Assembly (NCBI GenBank): GCA_043228905.1
Contig: JBHGNT010000020.1
Coordinates: 372,001 to 436,000 of the forward strand
From: Azolla caroliniana
Taxonomy: Eukaryota > Plantae > Polypodiophyta
DNA: 64,000 nt
Reading direction: 5' to 3'
Below the pieces are notes generated by a model. The model ran no database searches and was not told the DNA's origin. It worked only from the letters and a program-made list of their open reading frames with translations. The position numbers and the translations under genes were made by a program. Positions 11,601 through 23,700 of this stretch are shown here, in pieces. Position 1 is the stretch's first letter. Each line of letters begins with the position of its first letter.

Positions 11601-14600
11601 CCATAATTTATATATGATTAAATTCCAAACGTTAAGCTTGTAAACACAATAACTTTATTAACAATTATCATTTTGTAATTGGGGTTGGTTATTATTGTAA
11701 ACAATTGGATGATATGTGGGCTTCTCCATGTTAATGTTTCATATGCAGTATATTAATATCCAAACCTTAGATTTTGATCCCATTTATTTCAACAACTGTA
11801 CATGACTTGCTACTTCTATATGGAGTTTGGTGGTTAAAGAATCGTTTTTGTCATATTGTTTGTCTTAACATGAGGTGTTTTCTCTGCAGGTGTTGTGGTG
11901 GCTCTCGTTTGTGCTTTAATATCCTGAATCATCATCTATTTTGCAATTTTGTAAATTTTCAGTTAAAAAATTATGCTTGCAATTCGTCCTTTCCTTGACT
12001 AGCTCACCTTTTTAAGTATGCGGGACTAGCTGTAAACAAGTGAGTGTTTGTTGATTCATAGTTCTAGTCTGTTTCAGTTTTAAAAATTTAACACATAAAA
12101 GGAGAAGCAATAGAATTTCAGTTTTAATAACACATCTGGAAGCTTTACTTCTTTTTTACTTTGCAGCCTTCAAAACTTGGAATGCTGCCTGGTGGTGCTT
12201 TTCCCTTATTTCTCGTAAGTGGTTCTTTCCACAATTAGTTAAATGTTTTCTGATGGCTCTATACCCATATTTGTTGCAAGTAATGCACCTGAAAGAGATT
12301 TCTCGTTTTCCAAAACTATGGATTTATAGCTTTTCTTAAACCCACAGGAGCATGGGAGAGGGGCACAGTAGGACAGAATTTTTTTAACGTCTTCCTATTG
12401 GAATATCTGCTCTCTAAACACAGGACAGAATTATTTTTAATTTCTTTTGAGGAGTGCTGTGTGTGTTCTCTGAACACTGTATGACAGAATTTTATTAATT
12501 GTTCTCATTATATTTTTAGGATTTTCTTTGGCTGAATAATCGTATTCAATGTATTGAGTTTTTTACGAAGCTAGTATGGTTCTTTACCTTTATTGCATCC
12601 AGGTACATGTTGGCCGAGAGTGTTGGTCTTTCTGGGATTGTTGCAATACTTTTTTGTGGTGTAGTAAGTTATCAGTCCTGATTATGGATATGCAAGAGTC
12701 TATCTATATTCTGATACTTCTGACAGGAGTTCATTGCTCTTTCTTTTTGTAGGTAATGAAACACTACATGTTTCCAAATTTATCCCCCAAAGCACAAACA
12801 CTTACAGCTTCATTTTTCGAGCTAATCTCATCGTTGGCAGAAACTTTTGTGTATGTTCTTTGCTATTGTAGGTTTTGTAAATTTTTAAAATGCAAAAATT
12901 CTGCTTATAATTCTGTTTTTATTACAGCTTTATATACATGGGCTTAGCCATTGCCATTGAGGATCAAAGCTGGTCTCATGTTGGCTTCATTTTCTTTTCA
13001 ATCGTATCCTCCTTGGTTGCTAATTCCATTATCCTAGGTCAACATGGTCATATTGGGTTGAACTCGTTGGGAATGTTCTCCTTGACAGAAAACTTCTTTT
13101 TGTACTGAAAGCTGTTTATGGTAGTTGCCAGGTAACAAATTCGATTTTATAGTTGTTTGATGAGGATGCTTCATGTATCTAAGTCTGACTTAGATGTTCT
13201 TTCTGTGTTGCAGGATTGCAAATGTCTTTCCATGTGCTTATCTGGTGAATCTGATCAGGCCTTTGTCTAGGCAGATTCCAATGAAGCATCAAAAGGCACT
13301 TTGCTTCAGTGGTGGGGAATATGTTTTTGTTTATCCATGTTCAATAATGAACAGTCAGATGCTATATGTCTTAATACATGTTTGATTTCTATTTGGAACT
13401 TTGCAAATCTGATGATAAAGGAAGTTTCTTTTTTATTGAAATTATGTTTTTAACTTGTAGGATTGAGAGGAGCAATGGCCTTTGCCTTAGCCTTGCAATC
13501 TACGCATGATTTACCTGAGAGTCATGGAAGGACAATCTTTTCGGCAACCACCGCTATAGTTGTGCTTACAGTATGTTCAGGATATTTTTGTGTTGGTGAT
13601 ATAATCTTTACTGCTTTTAACATGTTACTTATAGTTATTATTGGTTGTCAGGTTCTTTTGATTGGTGGTTCTACTTCTACTATGCTGGAAGTTTTGGATG
13701 TAATTGGGGAGAGCAATACAAATGGAAATATAGAGGTATGTTGATATATTGTTTGGACTTATTTCTAAAAGCTATTTTTTCTCAATACACCAAAGGGATC
13801 AATATCCATTTTTTATAACTGTTGTAACAATATAGCAATAGTTTATAACTGTAAATAGTTTCATTCTAGTCTGATAGACCTCCCTTCATTAATTGTGGTA
13901 GAGTTTCTGTAATGTGAGAGGTCAAAGATCACATTACTCATGTAACGAGCTTCGTTTAGGATAGGTTAGCTTAGCTTTGTTGAGGTTGTCATGTGCTGAT
14001 GTGAAGGTTCTGGTTGGGCAATAAAGGCTGCTTAAAAGTTTCTGGAGGATTGATCAAAGAAAGTTCCAATGACAGGATTTGGCATACCGTCACCATCAAC
14101 TTATTAGGTTGATGTTTATTTCCACTTTATCTGGTCTCTATGGTTCTTCAGTAGAAGCTACATTCACTCTCTCTCAGATAAAGCTCATTGTCACCAACCT
14201 CCACGGACACTATTCATCATACTGTGAATGAAGAAACGTTGGCTCTGATAGAGGTCAATGAAGACCATTTTGGATTTATGTTTCATTTAGGACACAATCT
14301 TGTACCTGGATGTGCCCCTTCCTCCATGGGATATTCCGTTGTTACTCCCTCATGGGTATGGAATTCTAGCCCACATCATTTTAGGTATTTGAGAGTACTT
14401 AATTTTTGTTACAGTACCCAAGTGGCTGAAAGCTGAACATCCTCATGTGTATTTCTTTTTATTATTCCTCAAAGAATCTCCAGAGTTACCAACAATTTAG
14501 AATCTCAGACCGTACGTGATGGCTGAAACAGCTTGGGGTTGTTAATATTCAATTGGAGGTTATTGGTGCTGAATGTGATATGGTTGACATTAAATATAAA

Positions 14601-16302
14601 GGTATTTGGCTCCGAGTTGTCAATGACTCATGCTCTAATGAGGTGATTTTAGATCTCAATTAGAATGGATTCATGTTTGATTGGATTTGATATGGCTTTA
14701 ATTAGTTATTATGGGTGCGTGATTGGAGTTTATAAGCAGCAGATTAGGCATGAATAACATTTGATTAAGATGATTTTTAGTTTGCTTGGTGATGCTTAGC
14801 AATTAACGGCATCTGATTTTAGCGTTCAATTGGAGGTGATTGGTCATTTTCCTTTGAGCTCCAAAATCATTGTCTGCTTCAATTGTTGGTAAACTTTCAA
14901 ACTTTTGATTGCTTTTTGGGAATTGCCATTGGAGAACATGACTCTCCATAATCACCTAATGGAGGATCAATTTGTGCAAAGTAGGGATTGGTAGGTTAAG
15001 TGGACTGTCGGACTACCAGACAATTACAATCAAGCTCTAAATAAGTAGTGAATAAAATCTTAGCTGATTATATATTCTAGAGAGAGAATGACAGAGTATA
15101 GAGGAGCAGAAATGTATTTACAGAGATTACAGTTCTGGAAGTGCCACCTGCCAACACCTTGTATACCAGACACATACAGGAATGCATTTGATTCCATAGG
15201 CTTAAGAGTCCTCAGTTACTCCTCGCTTATAATATCTATCCTTAATTGCTTTGTATCTCGTTATTTATTTGTTGTGGATACTGATAATAGGACACAAACA
15301 TGTAAATATTTTCTCTCATAGGCTTATAAACTTAAAAAATATGTTCTGTTGATTCACTCATATATTCTTTCTTTCCTTCTTTTCTATGTACATAAGAAAA
15401 TATATGGGGGAAATATATCTACCATGTCATGGTTCCTTTGGGAACCCTGTTCTAGATCAATTTTGCTAGACCGATTGGTCAATTTCAGCTGTTTGAGTGT
15501 GTCTTATTGTTTGAATTATATACGCACATAAATAAATGTTCTTCCAGATGGTTTTACGAATCCAGATGAAATGCAGTCGTCAGATATTAACACTATCAGA
15601 TTGATTTGTTTGACGTGCAGAATTTTGATGATGAGAACGAGTATATAGCTCCAACATTTATTGGAGAGAATGATGGAAGTCCCACACAGGATCTTAAGGC
15701 ACGGTTCCGTGAATTTCAACGAAGGTTTGTGTAAATCATTTACTACTGGAGGCTTTGTAATCCTTGGACTAAGTAGTTATAACAAAAGTCAGCTCTAAAT
15801 ATTTTCTGTTTTATTTACAGTACGGTTTCCTTCACTGCTTTAGATAAGAATTTTCTTACTCCCTTCTTTACGGCACGTAATGGAGAGACACAGCCACTTG
15901 TAGATGGTAACATATTATTAATGAAAAGCTCTATTTCTGTTTTAAGATCCTCATAACAAATGAGCTTGGAAGCAAAGGAGTCCATCCTGTGCTAAAATGT
16001 TAATGATCTATGCAGGAGAGAGATCTAATAGTGATCCAGAAAAGAGATACAACCTATCAAAAAACAAGGGCAGGAGTTCTGTTTCTGTTTCTTGCCAGGC
16101 TGGCACACCTCAACAAGAAAGCATTAATGAAAATAGTTCTGATGGAAGAATAAAAAGGCTTCCATCAGGCAATGCATACGGAGATGTAATCCGAATTCAT
16201 GGTGAAAAAGATGATAATAAAGAGCAACCTGAAGTATCCTCTACTTCCAGAGGCCTTTCTCTGGAAAGCAAACCTCGGCAATCAAGGAATGAGAGAAAAT
16301 GA
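8672..16302 (+). CDS. NHX6: Endosomal Na+(K+)/H+ antiporter, NHX5/NHX6 class; 22 coding exons, ~602 aa
   Basis: Exons 8672-8831, 9585-9636, 9727-9786, 9887-9911, 10039-10124, 10247-10358, 10448-10510, 10614-10633, 10722-10819, 11890-11918, 12008-12039, 12167-12214, 12603-12663, 12753-12850, 12928-13003, 13112-13131, 13214-13311, 13461-13570, 13652-13735, 15621-15724, 15821-15906 and 16016-16302 sum to 1809 nt in frame. Motifs [61 protein letters not shown] and FLTPFFT match Arabidopsis NHX5/6. The symbol indicates the class only; NHX5 versus NHX6 cannot be resolved. Confidence 0.95.
9787..9886 (+). other. U12-type AT-AC intron (NHX intron 3)
   Basis: 5' ATATCCTT, branch TTCCTTGAC at 9868, 3' CAC. 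Splicing restores [13 protein letters not shown]. Confidence 0.93.
11028..11750. repeat. Diverged tandem duplication (~320-400 bp units) in NHX intron 9
   Basis: aaattacaagtt...cattggttctgcatcaaag...gggttggtt...tttcatatg occurs at ~11028-11345 and again at ~11347-11750. Confidence 0.75.
11919..12007 (+). other. U12-type AT-AC intron (NHX intron 10)
   Basis: 5' ATATCCTG, branch TTCCTTGAC at 11991, 3' CAC. Splicing restores CAL-LFKYAG. Confidence 0.92.
13004..13111 (+). other. U12-type GT-AG intron (NHX intron 15)
   Basis: 5' GTATCCTC, branch CTCCTTGAC at 13078, 3' AAG. Splicing restores FSI-LFMVVAR. Confidence 0.85.
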
Positions 16303-17261
16303 AAGTATAATTTATTTTTTTCATGGATATTTATGTACAGATTGTAATCTATGAAGGTCTTGCTATGAGATGTCAAGAGTTACTTACATATAAAATGAGG
16401 CTTTACGATATGTACATGAGGTCTTGCAAAGTACGGGGCATCGTTTCCTCAGCATATGGCTAGAAAGCTGGGAATACATGTAAGCCTCTCTTAAAAATAG
16501 TTGCAGCCTATTATGAATATATAAAGTATTGTAATATTTTAATTTGTGTAGTTTTGTTAACTCCAACGATAATGGGCAGAACCTGAAACATATCACCTCC
16601 TTCATCACAACTCCATGGCGTTGTTTTCATTCATTTATGTAAGGATGCAATCTCTTATTATCAGGAACCTCCCATCTCAATCGATGAACTTTCTTCTGAG
16701 AGTCCATAGTGTCCTACCTTTCTGAAGTTCTATCATCATTACACCTAAAGAGTTCGCTGTATTCTGAGAAGTAGAGAATTTGTGAAATGAGGCAGTTCAT
16801 TTAGTTTACGAAGTTGCTTGCTTTATCAACATGATCTTCTTGCTTAATCGTGTGTAGGAAATGACATCTGTTGAGTCTTATAGAGCTTTTAAGTATGCAT
16901 TTATTGATGTATTGGAGGGCCTTTCTTTTGTATCATGTTTGATATCAACATGGTGACTCGTTTTTCATATACGCCCATTTATTGTTGTACTCTTTATGTA
17001 GGCTTATTTTATTGTTGTACTCGTTTAACCCAAACTATGTGTGTTTGTTGTGTCCCAAGTGTTGCACATGCTTGTGTCAACTCAGCTTTGATGTCTCTTG
17101 CCAAGGCATGTCTCTTTTAGAGTAAACCTCAGAGTGGACATTTAACAAACATAATATATATAATATACATACATATATATGATTTCTGAATGAATCCACT
17201 AGCCAACAAACATAATATATAAATATATAAATATACGGACATGTATATATAAATCCTAAAT

Positions 17262-18480
17262 GAATTTCCTTAAATTCTCAGGGATATATTTTCAAAGGAC
17301 ATTGAGGTTTGATAATGTTAGGTTATAAATTGGTTCCTATGGTAGGTCTTTTTGTGGTTGATGATCAATAGGATAGTTATAAGTTGACATTTCAAGAGCA
17401 TACTAGCATTCTCTTCACCAAAGACATGCTTGAATTCTAGATACTTTGTTAGAAGTAAGGTTTTCAACTTTTGTGGTTTGGGGGATATACATTTTTACCA
17501 TCACAAATATAACCATTTCTAAATTTGTAACTTTGTAGAGAGATTATTGAGATTTGATGACACATGAGACTTTAGTTTAGGAACAATAGCGAAGTAAGAT
17601 GTGGTTTTTTTGGGATTCCAAGGTTGCTTGGCTTTTTTGATCAATCTTTGGATTGTGAAGCTTGAACCAATGTAGAGCAAGAACTATTGAATAAAATCAC
17701 TCAAGCTAAGAACTACACAAACTAATTTGACTCTTTAAACTTAGACCCCATCATCCAATAGGGTGGCCATTTATAACTATGAGAGATCCTATAATATTTT
17801 CATGGATGCATGTTATGATTGTTAGATGTACTTAGACAATTACCACTTCCACTTGGTTAACTTGATGTTTAGATCAATAAGGACAATTGATCACTATATG
17901 ATTTGGGTCACCACAATATAGAAATGAATGGTTTGCTCAGTATTGTTGCTTTTTAGATTTAGTCAACGCCCCTCAATGATGTGCTACATCGATCTCCATT
18001 GGAGTGGGGCCACCCTTCATAACTGTGTTCAGTGCTTGAGCAGGGTTTGAAGGTGGGCATGCAACCACAAATGCATTAGTATGCTGTCCTTGAGCATAAT
18101 ATTTGTTTTCCTTTGTCTCTCAAATAGTCGGTTATCTCATTGTACTATTGAACTAACAGTCTTTGTTGTGGATCTCTAATATTCATGCAAATTGAGTAAA
18201 TCCTTCACATAAATGTGTTGCCCATAATGGAATTGTTCTATTTATGGGAATGAAATATGTAAAGAGGTGAACATTTGCAGCATGAATTGAGGCAAGGACA
18301 TCTCCTTGTTTCTATCTTTGAATCTTGTTGATTGTCATTCTCACACTACGAGTATCACCAAAACTTGTTTGGATTTCCTTGATGAAGACATCAAAATCTT
18401 GTATTGAGGCAGAATTCTTTTTTTATAATGGTGCAAACCATGGAAGTGCTATACCTATTGGTAGTGTTTTTACGAACCTA
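17262..18480 (-). mobile_element. Highly decayed Ty3/Gypsy chromovirus (Tcn1-like) gag-protease-RT start
   Basis: Minus-strand fragments ALPWFAPL, FGDTRSVRMTINKIQR.KQG, FLYCGDPNHIVINCP (zinc knuckle), IVLALHWFKLHNPKID and KYLEFKHVF...YPID...EPIYNL...KYIPENL. Confidence 0.7.
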
Positions 18481-18721
18481 ATTTGAGTTGTATCCATTAG
18501 ATATATGTTAGGATGCATTTGTATGTTAATGCACACTTGGTACCGTTAACAAATCCGTAAAACAATCAAGTTTAGAGAGAATGTGCTTGTACGTTTAGTT
18601 GTTGATGAACTCCATTACAATCATAGAACGTAATATTCGTGTTCGTGCAAGCATTCAAATGTTTGAAAACAAACACTTTTGAAAAGTGAAAAATATGTGC
18701 TCCTTTTATTGTCATCTCAAA

Positions 18722-19068
18722 TTCAGCTCACCCTAGTGGTAAGGAGTCATGCTTTTGTTGTTTATGTCTTGGGTTCGATTCCCAATATTCTAATCTCTCT
18801 CTCTCTCATTAGTACCATGTCATAGCAAAATTTTATGTTTATATTATAATAACTTTTCTTTTCTTTTCTTACTATTAGAACTAAATACAACCTAGTGGTA
18901 AGTTGTTGTGCTATTATTACTTGTGTCTTGGTTTCAATTCCCAACTTTCTCAAATCCTCTTGTTAGTGTCATGTTCCTTTTCTTTCTTTGTTATTAGAAA
19001 TTAGGTCACCCTTGTGGTAAGTTGTTATGCAAAATTTTATGTTAGTGTCATGCTCCTTTTCTTTCTTT
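18722..19068 (+). repeat. Tandem tRNA-like/SINE-like units (continue at 20441-20520)
   Basis: caccctagtggtaag...gggttcgattcccaa (A-box/B-box like) at 18729-18785, with variants at ~18890, ~19007 and ~20471. Confidence 0.5.
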
Positions 19069-20440
19069 CTTTTTTTTTCCAAAAAAAACTCATTCCATTA
19101 GATATAAAATTTTACAAATGAGACGATTATGTGCAAATCCTTGTAGGGACGTGATAGTTCTATCTTATGTGGATGCCCACTGACTCAAGAAAGGGAGAGG
19201 ACGACCATTGTTGGATGAAGGCTATTCTTTGTCTTTCAACTCCATCGGAGCTGCCATCATATTGGCTCTTCAGAGTGACTACAATTTCACTCCATATCTC
19301 TTGTAGTAACCTTGTTGGATGTGTGGTTTGGTTGGGGAAGACTCACCTACATCGTTGTTTCCATAGAATCCAAAGAGTTATTGGGTTGACCAAGTCCAAC
19401 ACCTCTTGAGATTTGTCATTAAGAGGAGTGGAGTGGACATTGCCGCTGGAGGAGAAAAAGATCTCTTGTGCTTTTATCACCAAAGTCATCCCCTCCTCTT
19501 GATGCTCGTATCTGCCAATTGCGGTCTGGCATGATAGCCAAGATATATTTCCCCACTTGATTGAGCCTTGCACCTGGCATAATTGCAACAAGCGGCCAAC
19601 CCCCCGCCATATTCGATGGGACGTTGGGCAATCCCACAGAGTGTGTCGTATTGATTCTACTACATGTGGGCACTCTACACAATTAGGAGAGCTAAGGTTC
19701 CCATGTTGCCATGCTCCCACCAATAGGGACTTATGTATTAATAGCCATTGGAACGTGGTAATTCGCCTCACGTGTTGTTGTTTCTAGATTTTCTGCCAAA
19801 ACTTGGTGATTATTGTGGGAGGAACTTGAAATGTGTGCCAAACCTTCGCAACAGCCGACTCTTGAGCGGTTTGAGCAGCTAGAATGTGGCGACCCAATCT
19901 AGTTATGAATTAGAAGAAAGGGATGGGTTTGTTTCCTTGCCCCACGTAGGGATCACGCCATGTCCATTGCAAAGGGTTCCAACTAACCTTACGTAACCAT
20001 GTGTTTTCATGAGTACATATGTGCCAATTGGGTTGTACTTTGATCGGATCAGGATCTATAATCCATTTATGACCAGTATACGCGAGTACTCGAATTGCGT
20101 TATTCTGTGTTGGTGTCTCAGTGTCTCGCAATTCAGAGCCTTGAGCCTGTCTGGTGATCCCCTACCTCTCGGGATCAGAAATCCCTCCTCCTCGTGGCCT
20201 ATCCATTTCTCCATTGCCGTCCTTTGAGTAGCAGATTCCCTAATTAGTAGAGTGTTAATGATTTCCGATCTCATAGTCCATTCGCCCCTGATTCCATGGA
20301 GTATGTTGGCCTGATCTTGTAGTGGCAGTGACATAAACCGTCGCCAACATTCTATACTTTTTCCTGGACCTTCTACAATGTATCCCCATGACAACCCCTT
20401 ACGTGATCCCAGTAGTTGATTAGATTCATCCTTGATACAT
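19069..20440 (-). mobile_element. 5'-truncated L1-type LINE (zf-RVT) with poly(A) tail
   Basis: TFQWLLIHKSL...CVECPHVVESIRHTLWDC and LWILWKQRC motifs. Plus-strand poly(T) at ~19069-19078; ttttctttcttt on both flanks is a probable TSD. Confidence 0.8.
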
Positions 20441-20689
20441 GTTTTCTTTCTTTGTTATTAGAAATTAGGTCACCCTAGTGGTAAGTTGTTATGCTACTAC
20501 TACCTATGTCATGTTTTCTTCATGTTTTCTTCATATTCTCGAATATATGTTTTATGAGTTTCTAAACGTTCGATTATAATTTATAATGACACATTGACAT
20601 ATTTTGATTCAATCTCTATAGTTCACACTCATTATTTTGTAAAGTTCTAAAGTGAGGATGATAGAGATGTCTTGATTCTTAAGAAGCAT

Positions 20690-20790
20690 CCCAAAAGTAT
20701 GCATGTGATACAATGCAAACTTTGCAACCATACTTATGTTGGTGGTTCACAATGGATTAGAGTCCACTTATTGGGATTGAGAGTGAATCA
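20690..20790 (+). mobile_element. Possible hAT transposase BED-finger remnant
   Basis: Translation VIQCKLCNHTYVGGSQWIRVHLLG resembles BED fingers of plant hAT transposases; no other domain was found. Confidence 0.4.
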
Positions 20791-23700
20791 ATATATAATA
20801 TAGACCATAGTCAATCCAATCCAACTTTGAGATTATTTACCATACACGTTTGATTGAATCCTTCTCGAATGCGAATGCACGCATGATACATATGGTTCAT
20901 TCTATGATTACAATGATAATGTTTGAAAAATTTTCAAAAGAAAAAAGAGGTATTCTGGTTCAAATTATTAGAGCTGTAGCTCAAAATAAGATTGAATAAA
21001 AAAAGAGAACAGGAAAACAAGAGGGAAATAAGAGAGAATGTAAGTGTCAAATTCCAAAGACTATCGTTAGTGTTGAATTAGAACAGTTTGTGAATACTGG
21101 AGCACGCACTTATTGGTAGACATATGCATGGTTGCCACCTCACGAACATGCATGATCACCACTTTTTTTTCATGCATGTGCATGCCATTCAATGACTATG
21201 CATTAGCTTGTGTGATGTAGTGACATGTCATAGTATCAGATATATACTCTAGATTTTCTAGAATAAATCTTATACAGGTCTTGTCATTCATGCATGCATG
21301 CCATAATCATGCATTAGGTTGTGCGAGGTGGTGACATCCCAAAGTATTACATGTATATAGGGATCCCTAAATTATCCTTAGGCTAATGTACTAAATAAGA
21401 ATTGGGGACCGTTTGAATTATCCCTAGGATAATTTAGGCCTTGGCATAAGGGAGCTTGTTGAGGAACAACAAGGGGAGCATGTGAGAGGTTCGGTCCTTG
21501 TTGACACAACAATTGTTGTTGTTGTTGTTGCTACTTGGTGTCGTCACAATGCAGAGGATACACCTCCTACCCCCCCAAATCTTACACATAAGCTAGTGAG
21601 GGAGGGAACTTCATGTTCTCGAAATACTCTTGATAACTAATAAACATATGTATGGAGTATACTTGTTGTACCTTTCTAGTATAAATATGATAGATAGCTA
21701 CACATTATTAAGTAAATGTCATACTCGACATGATCCATGAAGACATTGACGTCAACATTAATACTAAGGACTAAGAGAGAGCAAGAAAAGGGGAATACAA
21801 AAAGTTGGATCTAGACCTTTAGGCCTAATGACCAACACAATATGAAAGGTGACAACATTTTTGTAAGTAAGCTATAAAAGACACTTTTGTACCTTTATAA
21901 GCTTATTCTTGAATCTTAAGTCTTTACTCCTCCCTCATTGTAATCTAACTAGAAAGGTCTCTCTCTTCTTTCTTTCATACCTGTGAGGGATTAGTGTTAA
22001 GTACTATTAAGCCAAACACTAATCACTCTCCTCATTCTATGTGTTGTGTGGGACTCATCTAGTTGAAACATGGGTAGTCTTATTACTTGTAATCTCTTTG
22101 CTTGTGTAAGCATCTAATGCCTAAGCCTATTAAGGGATCAATGAGTTTCTTATTGAGGTTAGTAGTTTAGAGAGGGGTGAGTATGAGTTCACAAAATCAG
22201 TGTCATGTACATTCATATAAAATAACATTATATATATTGTTCTTGTTAGTATGAATACATTGTTGTTATAAAGAATAAGATATGATTCTTGTGCAGTGGA
22301 AGAGATGTGTGTTATGTGTGTGAGAGAAAAGAGAGGAGAGAAGAGAAAACACAAGATAGATTAGATAGAATGAAAAATAGAATACTCAAGAAGGTGTATA
22401 TTCACAAGGAGAATATGAGATACAAAAATGTAGCATTACAAGGAGTCACAACTGACTCTTTATGAAGTAGGAGGAGGGTGCTTTATATAAGGTCATGCTC
22501 TCTCTTCATTAACTCACTACAACGTCCACTCTCTCTCTAGAACCTTGAGGAATGTGAAGACTCATTAGTCATGGGGAATATGGAACTCATTAGTTATGTG
22601 TCATAGAATATGATTCTATGGCACATAGTTAATGTGTAGAGAGTGATGTGACTCTTGACCTTTGAGTGCTCATAGATTCTCAAAGGGTTTGCTCATACAC
22701 AATGTTAGGTTGAGCTTGATTCTCAATGAGCTTCATCAATCCAAGGTCTGACATGAATTGCCGAAGCTTGTCGGCTCCTAGGGCCTCGGTGAAGATGTCG
22801 GTTGTCTGCAGATTCGTGTTGAGGTGTTGAAGGTCGACATCTCCAGCTTGAACATGCTCTCGAATGAAGTCATAGTGCACTTCGATATGCTTTGTGCATG
22901 CGTGGAACACCAGGTTCTGAGCAAAATAAATACTGCTCATGTTATCGTAGTAGAGGGGAGTTGGATCCTTTGATGGGAACGCCCAAATCCTTCAAAATCC
23001 TCTTGAGCCATACGACTTCACATGTAGCCACAGTTGCGCCCCTATATTCGGTCTCCATGCTCGAAAGTGCGACGGTAGGTTGCGTCTTACTACTCCAAGA
23101 TATTGCTCTGCTGCTGAGTGAGAAGACTGTGTTAATCCTAGGGCCAAAAACTGTAGGGCGTACCGGCTAAGCCTGAATCTGGCGAAGTGTGTATTTGGAG
23201 TGTCCAGCGGAACGTTACTAGGGCATATTGTGAGCAAGGAAGGCATTGCCGTAGATCCGGACAAAGTAAAAGCAATCCTGGAGGCACTGGCACCAAAAAC
23301 GGCAAAGGCATTGAGTCGTTTCTTAGGCCAAATCTGTTGGCACAACCGAATGCTCTGGTATTTGGCGGACCTAACTACACCACTGCATGCTGCGGTACAC
23401 CGAACACTGTTCCAGTGGACCGACACCGAAGATAAGGCGTATCGGGCACTCAAAGTTCTATTGTCACAAGCGCCGGTAGTGCAACCCCCGGATTGGGTGA
23501 AGGAATTTCATGTGTTCGTGGATGCGTCTGACATTGCAATCAGGAGTGCGTTAATGCAACTTACGGAGCCAAGATGGTACCGGCCTATATATTACGCAAG
23601 TCGGAAGTTATCCCAAGCCGAATGAAATTACTCCACCACGGAAAGGGAAGCTTTAGGCATGATCTACATCGTAACAAAATTCAGGCACTATTTATTGGGG

